Shown here: one piece after another, positions 11,962-21,283 of the stretch
How the letters are laid out: every line of letters begins with the position of its first letter
How positions within the stretch are numbered: position 1 is the stretch's first letter
Assembly: GCA_963757075.1 (NCBI GenBank)
Contig: CAVWQN010000004.1
Location: 561,792 to 625,791, forward strand
DNA: 64,000 nt
Direction: 5' to 3'
Origin: an uncultured Actinomycetes bacterium
GTDB lineage: Bacteria; Actinomycetota; Thermoleophilia; Solirubrobacterales; Solirubrobacteraceae
Made by a program: the position numbers and the translations under genes
Notes under the pieces: model-generated
Databases searched by the model: none
What the model saw: only the letters and a program-made list of their open reading frames with translations
What the model was told of the DNA's origin: nothing

Positions 11962-13482
11962 GTGAGCATCGAACAGTCAGAAGCTACGCGCACCGGCGAA
12001 AACGGAGCCGTCACAGATTCGGTCACGCTCCTGCCGGGCGAGCGCGATATGCGGCGCAAGCGGCCGCCCCTGCTCTCGTTCCTGCTCCGGCTCGAGACGG
12101 TGCGCCGACTTTCCCGCGTGGTGTCGCTGCTGGTGCTCGACTTCATCGGCGTCTTCGCCGCCCTGTTCACGGCACTCGAGCTCAAGGTGGCGTTTCGGGG
12201 CCACGGCGTCTCCGTCGTCTGGACGCAGACCAGGCACTGGGTTGCGTTCGCCTATCTGGTGACCGTGCTGATGTTCGCGCGCGTCGATCTATACGCCGAG
12301 CGGACGAGGCGGCCGGGGCTGGCCCGCATCGTCTCCGCCCTGTTCCAGGCCACGGTGATCGCGCTGGTGTTCGCGCTAGCCAACCACGAGCACTACTCGA
12401 GCTATTACACCTTCTACGGGTCGCTGTTCTTCGGTTCGGTCTACATCACGGGCCTGCGGTATCTGCATACCCAAGCGACCGGTTGGCTGCTGGAGCAGGC
12501 CGGCTACACCCGGCGGGCACTGCTGGTGGGAACGGGCCAGCACATAGAGGCGGTGGCCCAAGCGCTGTCTGGGGAACCGCGCGCGGGGGTTGACGTGGTC
12601 GGCTACGTCTCCCTCACACCTCGACCCGAGAACGGTCTGCGCTCCCTGGGGGGCCTCGAGGATCTGCCCGAAGTCCTTGCTCAGGAGCGTATTCAGGAGG
12701 TGATCATCGCCGACCCGGAGTTCCCCCAGGACCGGGCAGTCGAGCTGGTCGACCTTTGCCACCGGCGGGGCGTGACCGTGCAGGTCGCGCCCTCGACGAT
12801 GGAGATCCTGCTTGACAGGGCGGAGTTCGTGCCGGGCCAGAGTGTGCCGCTGTTCACGCTTCGCCCACCGGTGTTCGAGGGGATCGACTACGCGCTGAAG
12901 CGCAGCTTCGACCTCATCGTCGCGACACTCGGGTTGATCGTGCTGGCGCCGGTGCTGCTGGTGATCGCGATCGCAATCAAGCTGTCCTCACGTGGCCCTA
13001 TCTTCTACCGCTCCATCCGTCCGGGGATTGGCGGTAAGCCGTTTCACTGCTTTAAGTTCCGCACCATGCGCGAGCACGCCGATCAGCTGCAAGACGACCT
13101 CGAGCCGCTGAACGAGCAGTCCGGAGCGCTGTTCAAGATCCGGCGCGACCCGCGGCTGACAACGGTCGGCCGGTTCCTACGCCGCTACTCGCTGGACGAG
13201 CTTCCGCAGCTCGTTAACGTGGTCCGCAACGAGATGTCCCTGGTCGGCCCGCGGCCGCTGCCGATGCGCGACTTCGAGCACCTCGAGGAGTGGCACAAGA
13301 AGCGCTACTTGGTACTTCCGGGGATCACCGGTCTGTGGCAGGTCTCAGGCCGCGCCGAGCTCGATTTCGACGACCTGGTCCGGCTCGACTTCCTGTACCT
13401 CGAGCGCTGGTCGGTCTTCCTCGACCTGTCGATCCTGCTCAAGACGATCCCCGCAGTCCTCAGCGGCCGCGGCGCGTTCTGA
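11962..13482 (+). CDS. Exopolysaccharide polyprenyl-phosphate glycosylphosphotransferase (priming sugar transferase)
   Basis: N-terminal TM helices, central CoA-binding-like domain, C-terminal KFRTM, DPRLT, LDELPQL, MSLVGPRP, PGITGLWQVSGR. Confidence 0.92.
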   Translation: MSIEQSEATRTGENGAVTDSVTLLPGERDMRRKRPPLLSFLLRLETVRRLSRVVSLLVLDFIGVFAALFTALELKVAFRGHGVSVVWTQTRHWVAFAYLVTVLMFARVDLYAERTRRPGLARIVSALFQATVIALVFALANHEHYSSYYTFYGSLFFGSVYITGLRYLHTQATGWLLEQAGYTRRALLVGTGQHIEAVAQALSGEPRAGVDVVGYVSLTPRPENGLRSLGGLEDLPEVLAQERIQEVIIADPEFPQDRAVELVDLCHRRGVTVQVAPSTMEILLDRAEFVPGQSVPLFTLRPPVFEGIDYALKRSFDLIVATLGLIVLAPVLLVIAIAIKLSSRGPIFYRSIRPGIGGKPFHCFKFRTMREHADQLQDDLEPLNEQSGALFKIRRDPRLTTVGRFLRRYSLDELPQLVNVVRNEMSLVGPRPLPMRDFEHLEEWHKKRYLVLPGITGLWQVSGRAELDFDDLVRLDFLYLERWSVFLDLSILLKTIPAVLSGRGAF

Positions 13483-13551
13483 GCCGGCGGGACGGGCCGA
13501 GGAAACGCCGGGGCCAGCGCCGGGAAACCTCGCAGGTAGGCTACGCCGCCG

Positions 13552-14175
13552 ATGCCGCCCACGGACCGGTTCGTGATCAGCTTCGCCGCCGAGCCGCCAC
13601 AGGAGACGCTTCCCTACGGCCGGTGGGCGAGCACTCTCAGCGAGCACTTCCGGAACGCCTGCGAGCAGATCGACACCGAGGGCGCGGTGCTGGGCGACTT
13701 TGAAGAAATAGCCTGGTTCCCAGACCGCACCTACGCCGGCCGCACGTACGTACCCGGGGTGACCCGCACAGCCGGGGGTTACGAGATCTTCGGCTATGTC
13801 TCTTTTCGAGAAGGCTCGGGGGGGCCCGGCGAGTTCGAGGCGAGCGCGGACTTCACGTCCGAGGTGGCCGATGAGAACCCGGACTGGAAGATGGACCTCA
13901 ACGACGAGGTGATCGCCTACTGGAGAGGGGAGGAGGGCAACACCGCCGACATCACACTGGTGTGGGGAGTGCCGCTGATCCCAGGCGGTGCGCTAGTCAC
14001 CGCGGAGCTGGCAAACCTGGCGGTCGACCAATGCGAGCTGCTCGACGAGCGCTTCACGCTGATCGCTCCCGATAACTACAGGCAGGACTTCCTCGAAATC
14101 AAGCTGTGGGATCAGCGCGGACAGGAGCTGGCGAGGGAGTCGCTGTATGTCGAGGAGGAAGGCGAGGCGCCATGA
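13552..14175 (+). CDS. Acidic hypothetical protein
   Basis: 207-aa ORF with coding-like bias; -10 TAGGCT 9 nt before the ATG; no family recognised. Confidence 0.75.
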   Translation: MPPTDRFVISFAAEPPQETLPYGRWASTLSEHFRNACEQIDTEGAVLGDFEEIAWFPDRTYAGRTYVPGVTRTAGGYEIFGYVSFREGSGGPGEFEASADFTSEVADENPDWKMDLNDEVIAYWRGEEGNTADITLVWGVPLIPGGALVTAELANLAVDQCELLDERFTLIAPDNYRQDFLEIKLWDQRGQELARESLYVEEEGEAP

Positions 14176-14305
14176 TCCCCGCTTCCCGCGCCACCGGCGC
14201 CGGTCATGACCCACCGCCCTGCGCCGGCGGGAATGCCCCGCAAGCACTTGAACGGGGGTCCCAGGTTCCGCGAGCCGGCGCAGCGCGGCAGGCTCCTGCC
14301 CGGCT

Positions 14306-15307
14306 TTAAGCCCGCTGCCAGATCCTCGTCCGCACTTCAGGTTCAAGCAAGCAAGCCACTTCGTGGCCGGGCTGGCCCGGCACGGGCTGGAGCGTGGGGT
14401 CGACGCGCCGGTGCTCGTCACGCACGTACGGGCAGCGGGGATGGAACAAGCAGCCTGACGGGCGGTGGATGAGGCTCGGTGGCCGGCCGGGATTCGGCGT
14501 CAGGTCCTCGCCCGGCGGTGCTCCGAGCTGGGGTGCGGACTTGAACAGGGCCCAGGTGTACGGGTGCTGGGGCGATTCGAGGATGAGCTCCGTCGGGGCG
14601 CGTTCGACGATGCGGCCCGCATACATGACGCAGATCTCATCGGCGATCTCCGCGGCCACTGCCAGATCACGGCACGCGAAGACGATCGCCATGTCCAGGC
14701 GCACCCGGACCCGCTTCAGCAGCTCGAGGATCTCCGCTTGTACGGTCAGGTCGAGGCCGCTCGTCGGATCATCGGCGACCAAGAGCTGTGGCTCGTTTGC
14801 CAGCGCCATGGCGATCACGGCTCGCTGGCCCATGGAGGGCGAGAGCCCGTCCGGGTACTGATCGACGCGATGATGAGGCTCGGGAATCCCGAGCAGTTCC
14901 AGTAGGTCGATCGCCCGGTCGCGGGCGGCGGCCTCGGACACCTGGCGGTGGGTCACGATCGTCTCGATCAGCTGCGCCCCGACCTTGTAGAACGGGTGTA
15001 GCGACGAGGCGCCGCCCTGGACGACCATCGCGATCTCCTCGCCGCGGAGCCTGCGCAGCTCGTGGCCCGCGAGTCCCAGCAGATCCCGACCCTCGAACAG
15101 GACGCGCCCCGAGATGCGGGCATACGGGCCGGGGCTCAACCCCAGGAGCGCCATCGACACGACCGTTTTGCCTGAACCCGCCCCGCCCACGATTGCAAGC
15201 GTCTTTCCCGCCTCCACCGAACAGGAGACGCCGTCCACCGAAGGGACGACGCCATCTTCAGTCCTGAACTGGACCCGGAGGTCCTCGACCTCGAGGAGGG
15301 CGCTCAC
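14306..15307 (-). CDS. Oligopeptide/dipeptide ABC transporter ATP-binding protein (OppD-like) with degenerate catalytic motifs
   Basis: Walker A GGAGSGKT, C-terminal HPYT and GCLFHPRCP; signature LSPSM, Walker B ADDP, switch ACRD; GTG start overlapping the permease stop. Confidence 0.85.
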   Translation of the reverse strand: MSALLEVEDLRVQFRTEDGVVPSVDGVSCSVEAGKTLAIVGGAGSGKTVVSMALLGLSPGPYARISGRVLFEGRDLLGLAGHELRRLRGEEIAMVVQGGASSLHPFYKVGAQLIETIVTHRQVSEAAARDRAIDLLELLGIPEPHHRVDQYPDGLSPSMGQRAVIAMALANEPQLLVADDPTSGLDLTVQAEILELLKRVRVRLDMAIVFACRDLAVAAEIADEICVMYAGRIVERAPTELILESPQHPYTWALFKSAPQLGAPPGEDLTPNPGRPPSLIHRPSGCLFHPRCPYVRDEHRRVDPTLQPVPGQPGHEVACLLEPEVRTRIWQRA

Positions 15308-16266
15308 CGGGACCGGGCCCGCGGATCGATCAACGCGTACATGACGTCCACGACGAGCTTGGCCACGACGACGAGGCACGCGCCGAGCAACACCGTCCCC
15401 TGAATCATGGCCAGATCCCCTACCTGAATTGAGTCATACGTAAGGCGCCCGATGCCGGGGATGTTGAAGACGGTCTCGGTGAGGATCGCGGCGGCCAGCA
15501 GAGCGCCGATCCCGAGACCAGCTGCCGTCACGAACGGCGCGATCGCCACTCGCAGCGCATGCCGCAGGATGACCCGACGCTCTGAGATCCCCTTGGCGCG
15601 TGCCGTATAGACATAACCCTGGCCTAGCGTGTCAATCAGGCTCGTCCGCAACAGCCGCACGGAGGCAGCAGAAAACCCCGCGGCCAGTACGCACCAAGGC
15701 ATGATCAGCGACACGAACCACTTCCCAGGGTGGTGTGTGAGCGGGACGTAGCTGCCCGCGCCGGGGAAGATCGGCAGCTTGCCGATGTCCGTGGCAAACA
15801 GGTACAGGCTGATCATCCCCACCCAGAACACCGGCGCAGAGATGGCCACCACCGCTCCGCCGGTCGTGAACCGGTCGAATGGCGAGCGACGCTTGAGGGC
15901 GGCGATGGTGCCGATAGTGGTCGCAGTTATTAGCCACAGGACGGCGGCCCCGCCGATGAGCGAAATCGTCGCCGGCAGCCGGCTGAAGATCCGAGTCCTG
16001 ACCGCGACGTGACTCTGGTAGCTATAGCCAAAGTCGAAGTGAAGGATGAGCGCCTTCAGGTAGTCGAAGTACTGGACGTACCACGCCTCGTTCAGCCCGA
16101 GCTTGTGCCGGATCGTCGCTAGCAGCTGCGGTGTGGGGTGCGGTCCGGCGCGCAGGGCGGCGGGATCGCCGGATGGGAACAGGTAGAAGATGACGAAGGT
16201 GACCGAGACCACTCCGAACAGGAGCACGATCACCCATAGGACACGGCGGATGACGTACCTGGTCAC
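15304..16266 (-). CDS. ABC transporter permease (OppB/DppB-like)
   Basis: MTRYVIRRVLW, PSGDPA, FDFGYSY, EAA-loop YVYTARAKGISERRVILRHALR, LTETVFNIPGIG. Confidence 0.88.
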   Translation of the reverse strand: MTRYVIRRVLWVIVLLFGVVSVTFVIFYLFPSGDPAALRAGPHPTPQLLATIRHKLGLNEAWYVQYFDYLKALILHFDFGYSYQSHVAVRTRIFSRLPATISLIGGAAVLWLITATTIGTIAALKRRSPFDRFTTGGAVVAISAPVFWVGMISLYLFATDIGKLPIFPGAGSYVPLTHHPGKWFVSLIMPWCVLAAGFSAASVRLLRTSLIDTLGQGYVYTARAKGISERRVILRHALRVAIAPFVTAAGLGIGALLAAAILTETVFNIPGIGRLTYDSIQVGDLAMIQGTVLLGACLVVVAKLVVDVMYALIDPRARSR

Positions 16267-16275
16267 GTCGTCTCC

Positions 16276-17427
16276 TTACGACCTGCTCGCCCGCGGGCTC
16301 AGTGCATCCCGAAGGCCGTCGCCGAGCAGGTTGAACGCGAGCACGGTTAGCAGCAGCGCGGCCCCGGGGAACACCATGTACCACCAAGCCGTCCCGAGCA
16401 CCGCGTTGGCATCGGCCAGCATCGCCCCCCACGAGGCCTTCGGAAACTGGATGCCGATGCCCAGGTAGGAGAGCCCGGCCATGAACAGCACGTCCAGGGC
16501 GATGATCCGCGCCGCATAGCCCGCGATCGGCGCGAGGACGTTTGGCAGCACCTCCCTGAAGATGATCCTGACGTTCGAGATCCCCAGCGACCGCGCGGTC
16601 TCGACGAATCCCTCCTCGCTCAGCGCCAACACCCGGTCCCGCATGACGCGTGCCATGTTGATCGAGTTGACGAGCGCGATCACCACGATCACGACCGCGA
16701 GCCCCGGGTGCAGAACGCCGCCCAGGCACCCTTTCCCCAGTTTGCACGCTGCGGCCATGCCGAGCGCGAGCAGCAGGATCGGCAACGCGAACAGCGCGTC
16801 GATCACCCCTGAGATCGCCGCGCCGACCCAACCCCGGAAGTAACCGACCAGGAGCCCGAGCGTCAGCCCGATGATCAACGACCCAGCGGCGGCGATGGCC
16901 GCCACCTCGAGCGACAGTCGAGCGCCATAGAGAACGCGACTGAAGAGGTCACGGAACTCCCTGTCGACACCGAATATGTGGTGTGCGCTCGGCCAAAAAA
17001 CGATCGCCAGGGCGACCGCGGCGAGGAATGCGATGCCGGAGATGACCACCCAGCCATAGCGCCTGATGGTGGGGACCGGAGCGAACCGGGAGGCGGTCGC
17101 GAGCGCCACACCCGCCAGCGCCGCGATGAAGGGCCACAGAGCGCCCGGCGATGGGCCGGTCGGATCGCCGAACTGGTCGCGGGCGCTTGGATCGGTTGCG
17201 TATGGTCCCGGCGCGCCGACGGCCTTGACGATCAGGGGCGCGAAAATCGCGATCAGGACCAGCACGAGGACGAACGCCGCCGAGGCCATCGCCGCCCGAT
17301 CGGCGAGCAACCGCCGCCCAAACAGCGGCAGCGGAGCGGCGCCGGCCTCGGCGGCATCGACCCCGTCGAACTGCTCCCGGGCCGCCGTCTCGCGATCGGC
17401 AACCAGCTCAGGTGGCCCGACGCTCAT
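16276..17427 (-). CDS. ABC transporter permease (OppC/DppC-like) with an extra TM insertion
   Basis: HIFGVDREFRDLFSRVLYGARLSL, FVETARSLG, REVLPNV, AGLSYLGIG, ASWGAML, AFNLLGDGLRDAL. Confidence 0.88.
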   Translation of the reverse strand: MSVGPPELVADRETAAREQFDGVDAAEAGAAPLPLFGRRLLADRAAMASAAFVLVLVLIAIFAPLIVKAVGAPGPYATDPSARDQFGDPTGPSPGALWPFIAALAGVALATASRFAPVPTIRRYGWVVISGIAFLAAVALAIVFWPSAHHIFGVDREFRDLFSRVLYGARLSLEVAAIAAAGSLIIGLTLGLLVGYFRGWVGAAISGVIDALFALPILLLALGMAAACKLGKGCLGGVLHPGLAVVIVVIALVNSINMARVMRDRVLALSEEGFVETARSLGISNVRIIFREVLPNVLAPIAGYAARIIALDVLFMAGLSYLGIGIQFPKASWGAMLADANAVLGTAWWYMVFPGAALLLTVLAFNLLGDGLRDALSPRASRS

Positions 17428-17541
17428 CAGCCATCCGAGCTTCGATGCGCCAGAGTGGGTCCCTCCTCCTCCACGAGGCCGGAATAGCACAGCGACCAAG
17501 GGTTGTCACGCGTGAACCACCTGCGGCTACGCTCTGCCGGC

Positions 17542-17613
17542 GCCCTCGTAGCTCAACGGATAGAGCACGCGCCTCCTAAGCGCGGGATGCAGGTTCGATT
17601 CCTGCCGGGGGCA
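17542..17613 (+). tRNA. tRNA-Arg(CCT), CCA not encoded
   Basis: GCCCTCG/CGGGGGC acceptor stem, D-arm AGCTCAACGGATAGAGC, anticodon arm CGCGC-CTCCTAA-GCGCG, T-arm GCAGG-TTCGATT-CCTGC. Confidence 0.95.
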
Positions 17614-17615
17614 TG

Positions 17616-18194
17616 CTATGGGCCAGACCGGTCCGGCCGCTGCGGGTACACATCGTCGATAGTCGTCAAGGCGACGAACGGAACGCCGGCCGCGGCCTCG
17701 ATCGCTGGAGCGCCGCCGGCGAGACGGTCGCAGATCGCGAGAACGCCGCATACGTCGTGGCCCTCTGCCCGAAGCGCTTCCAGCGCCCGGACCGTCGACC
17801 CTCCCGTCGTGACCACGTCCTCCACCAGCATGCAGCGCTCGCCAGGATCGAGCTCCGGCCCCTCGATCCGGCGCGAGAGGCCGTGCTGCTTGATCTCCTT
17901 GCGGACGAAGAAGGCCTTGACGTCGGCCCCGCCCGCCAGCGCCGCGCAGGCGATGGGATCGGCACCCATCGTCATCCCCCCTACGGCGGTCGCCTCCCAG
18001 GCGCGCGCCTGCGCGGCGACTAGCTCGGCCAAGGCGCGAAAACCGGGCGGACGGAGGATGGCGCGCTTGGCGTCGACCAGGTACCGCGCCGTGCGCCCGC
18101 TCGTCAGCACCACGTCGCCGATAACGAGGGCGTGCGCTCGCAGCTCCGCGATCAGACGCTCCCGGGCGGCGGTGTTGGTGTCGAGGCTCATCAT
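17616..18194 (-). CDS. pyrE: Orotate phosphoribosyltransferase
   Basis: VLTSGRTARYLVD, VRKEIKQHG, PRPP-binding LVEDVVTTGGS; ATGA overlap with upstream gene. Confidence 0.9.
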   Translation of the reverse strand: MMSLDTNTAARERLIAELRAHALVIGDVVLTSGRTARYLVDAKRAILRPPGFRALAELVAAQARAWEATAVGGMTMGADPIACAALAGGADVKAFFVRKEIKQHGLSRRIEGPELDPGERCMLVEDVVTTGGSTVRALEALRAEGHDVCGVLAICDRLAGGAPAIEAAAGVPFVALTTIDDVYPQRPDRSGP

Positions 18195-19051
18195 GGATGC
18201 GTCGCCGGGCGCTGCTCGATGAGGACGGGACGAGCGAGGGGAACCGTCCCGGCGCCGATCACGAGCAACGAACCCAGGATCAGCGCCAATATCTCGCCCG
18301 CGTTCCAGTGGAGCTGGTTGATCCCCAGGGCCAGCGAGTTGTTGATGCTGTGCAGCGCCATGCAGGGATAGAGCGATCTCGTCTTCCAGCGCACGATGCA
18401 GAGCACGAACCCGAGGAATCCCAGCGGAACGAGATATTGGACGGAGGCCGAGCCGGTGTGCGCGAGGCCGAACAGAATCCCCGTGACCACGGCCGCCAGC
18501 CAGGTTCCGAGGTCGCGCCCGCCGAGGCGGATCTTCCAGCGCCTCAGCGCGCCGAACACAAAGCCGCGGAAGAAGAACTCCTCGGCAATCGGCGCGACCA
18601 CGCATACGAACACGCCGGCAGCGATCAACGCGGCGGTGCTCTTCCCCGCCCCCAGCTCGCTCGGCAGCTTGTCATTGCCGTGCAGCTTGAACAGCGCCGC
18701 GTAGATGCCGGTCAAGACGTAGTAGGCGATCGCGGCCAAAGCGACCGCGCCGGCCGCCCGCTTGAGCGACACGAGCCTGAACCCGAAGTCGCTTGGTCGA
18801 GGGCGGCCCCTCAGCGTCGAGAAGTACAGCGCCGAGGCGACGAACGCCAGGTCGAACACCAGATCGCCGGTCAGGCTGACCGCGGGAGTGGGATGGGAGA
18901 GGCTGGAGCCTGCCGAGTGGCCGATGACCGCCACGATCGAGGCCGCAAACCAGCCGCCCGCCAGGCCCGCCCCGACCGCGGCCAGCACCATCCAGGGTCG
19001 CCACCCAGGCCCATCTGGCGGCGGGCTCGTAGTGTTCGGTTCGGACGCCAT
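18191..19051 (-). CDS. CPBP (CAAX/Abi) family intramembrane glutamic endopeptidase
   Basis: PIAEEFFFRG, FGLAH, ALHSINN motifs; about 8 TM segments. Confidence 0.9.
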   Translation of the reverse strand: MASEPNTTSPPPDGPGWRPWMVLAAVGAGLAGGWFAASIVAVIGHSAGSSLSHPTPAVSLTGDLVFDLAFVASALYFSTLRGRPRPSDFGFRLVSLKRAAGAVALAAIAYYVLTGIYAALFKLHGNDKLPSELGAGKSTAALIAAGVFVCVVAPIAEEFFFRGFVFGALRRWKIRLGGRDLGTWLAAVVTGILFGLAHTGSASVQYLVPLGFLGFVLCIVRWKTRSLYPCMALHSINNSLALGINQLHWNAGEILALILGSLLVIGAGTVPLARPVLIEQRPATHP

Positions 19052-19068
19052 TAGAGAGGCGACCAAGG

Positions 19069-19773
19069 TTAGGGTTCGGACTCCTCGATCGCCGCTGCCA
19101 GCTCCGCGAGAGTCGTGATCGTCCTCACCCCCGGCGGCCCGGAGCCGCCGTCACGACGCAGGAGGATGGCTTCGATCCCGGCCGCCCGAGCCCCTTCAAC
19201 GTCTTCGACGAGGCTGTCTCCGACTTGAATGGCCCGGTCGGGAGCGGCCCCGGCCATAGCGAGCGCACGCTGGAATATCGCGGCCTGCGGCTTGCGTGCA
19301 CCGGCCTCCGCCGAGGTGACGACTCCGTCCAACAAGGACGTCAGCTCCAGACGCCCGAGTACATCCGCGAGCGAGACGTCCCAGTTGGAGACGACGACCA
19401 GGCGCATGCCTCGATCGCGGAAATCACGGAGCGACGGTCGCACGTCCTCGAACACCGAGAATTCCAGCGACTTGAGCAGCACCGACACGAGCGCCTCGGG
19501 ATCCAGGCGCTCGCGAGCTTCGTTCGGCAGCGCCGTTCCCATCGCCTGGGCGCAGGCGCGGCGCAGCGCAGCCAAGGTCGACTCGTCCCGGCCTTCGTCG
19601 AGATGGGAGCGGTAGTACGCGATCTCCGCGGCGATCGCCCGCTCGGCGTCTTCCTCGGAGACCGATATTCCGAAATCACTCGAGAGCGCCCGTCGGAGCC
19701 TCGGTGCCGGCGGCTCCAGAGCCACGAGCGTGCCGAGCGCGTCCAGCAGCAGCGCCTCGGGCCGGCGATTCAA
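19069..19773 (-). CDS. HAD-superfamily hydrolase
   Basis: LLLDALGTL, VVVSNWD, ARKP, QVGDSLVEDVEGA; TTG start overlapping upstream TGA. Confidence 0.88.
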   Translation of the reverse strand: MNRRPEALLLDALGTLVALEPPAPRLRRALSSDFGISVSEEDAERAIAAEIAYYRSHLDEGRDESTLAALRRACAQAMGTALPNEARERLDPEALVSVLLKSLEFSVFEDVRPSLRDFRDRGMRLVVVSNWDVSLADVLGRLELTSLLDGVVTSAEAGARKPQAAIFQRALAMAGAAPDRAIQVGDSLVEDVEGARAAGIEAILLRRDGGSGPPGVRTITTLAELAAAIEESEP

Positions 19774-21098
19774 GAAACGAACCGCCAGGTGGCGAACTCG
19801 GCCGTGAACAGGCCGAGCAGCACCGCCAGGCAGGCGATCACCTGCGGCTCGATGCGCCGGGCGTGCACCCACCTGGCTCCCCACATGAAAAGGGGAAACA
19901 GAACCACCTCATAGCGCGGCAGCGAGTCGAGTGGCTGGGGGGTGATGGGGTACGAAAGCGCCGGCGCGATCGCTGCAAACGTGTATGCGGCATAAGCGAA
20001 CGGAAGACGCCGTACCACCCCCACGAATGCCACGAAGCCCAGCACGAGGAAGCCGAACAGCATCAGGTTCTGCCCGGCAACGGTCAGGGGATTGCCGCCG
20101 GCGGCCGTGAAGTACACCGGCGGGGCCGGACCGTGCAGCAGTTGCCGAATGCCGTCCCAAGCCGCGACTGCACCTTCCCACACGCCGCCCAACGGCCCGG
20201 CGAAGTGGTGGTACCAGTACTGCTCGGCGCTGAACGGCGTCAGCCCGTCGCCCGTCGTCAGGGCCAGGAACAGGATGTACGCCACCAACCCGATGGGGAC
20301 AAGCAGGGCCCAAGAGAGCTCGCGGCCGAGCGGATATCGCGGCCTCAGGCGCCCCAGCAGTCCCGCCGGCGGATTCAGCGGTCCGGCGCGGTCGGCTCGC
20401 GGGCCGTACAGGAAAAAGAGCACGATCGGGACGACGAGCACGACACCCGTATTGCGCGAGGCGGCCGCGATTGCACCCAGCACGCCGGCCCAGGCCCAGC
20501 GCCCCCGTCTTGCCTGGTAGATGCACCCTACGGACAACGCCAGGAACAGCGACTCCGTGTAGACGGCCGAGAAGAAGTAGGCCATCGGGGAGAACGCCAG
20601 GAGCATCACGCAGATGCGAGCGCGCTCGTCGCCAAGCTCGAGTTCGGTCAGCCGGTAGAGAACGACCAGGCCGACCGCGAAGCAGACCAGGGAGATCACG
20701 ACGCCGGCGATCAGGTCGGATCGAAACACCTCTCCCACGCCCCTGACCAGCATCGGATACAGAGGAAAGAACGTCGTGCGCTCGGGGTTGTGGTCATAGC
20801 CCCCCTGGGCGATCGCCAGGTACCAGGCCGAATCCCACCGAGCGAGCGGCGAGACGAGCAGGTTGCCGAAATACCCGAACGGAGCGGTCAGCCTGAGCTG
20901 GTCAAACTGCCGGGCGCCCGGCGCCGTCCCGAAGGAGAGGACACCCAGCACGCCGGCGAGCAGCACGACCAGTCGCGAGGTCCACAGCGCCGTCCACGCC
21001 ACCCGACGCGGCGAGGCACTCCGGGGCGGGCGCGGCCAGGAGACGGTGGGCGTCCGGCCGGAGACCTCGGCGGCTTCGACAAGCTCCTCGACAGGCAC
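19770..21098 (-). CDS. GT-C mannosyltransferase, PIG-V (GT76)-like
   Basis: LARWDSAWYLAIA, FFPLYP, YTESLFLALS, multiple TM helices; start approximate. Confidence 0.8.
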   Translation of the reverse strand: MPVEELVEAAEVSGRTPTVSWPRPPRSASPRRVAWTALWTSRLVVLLAGVLGVLSFGTAPGARQFDQLRLTAPFGYFGNLLVSPLARWDSAWYLAIAQGGYDHNPERTTFFPLYPMLVRGVGEVFRSDLIAGVVISLVCFAVGLVVLYRLTELELGDERARICVMLLAFSPMAYFFSAVYTESLFLALSVGCIYQARRGRWAWAGVLGAIAAASRNTGVVLVVPIVLFFLYGPRADRAGPLNPPAGLLGRLRPRYPLGRELSWALLVPIGLVAYILFLALTTGDGLTPFSAEQYWYHHFAGPLGGVWEGAVAAWDGIRQLLHGPAPPVYFTAAGGNPLTVAGQNLMLFGFLVLGFVAFVGVVRRLPFAYAAYTFAAIAPALSYPITPQPLDSLPRYEVVLFPLFMWGARWVHARRIEPQVIACLAVLLGLFTAEFATWRFVS

Positions 21099-21283
21099 CG
21101 CAACAAGTATCGCCGCCGGGACGCGAGGGCGTCGAGCGCGATTATCCTGCCGGACCCCGAGCCGACAGGCCTCGGCAGGACCCAGAACCAGCAGGCCGAA
21201 CAAGGATCTGCAAGTAAACTGAGGCCAGTCTGCCGCATCCGGCGTCGCGCTGCCGAGATGCCACCGTAGCCGGAACGATTCCT

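Noticed and set aside
17542-17613. tRNA-integrated genomic island
   Set aside because: No duplicated tRNA 3' end, no integrase, and the flanking genes are housekeeping
19704-21269. 521-aa plus-strand ORF opposite the mannosyltransferase
   Set aside because: Antisense shadow; the minus strand carries the recognisable GT-C gene
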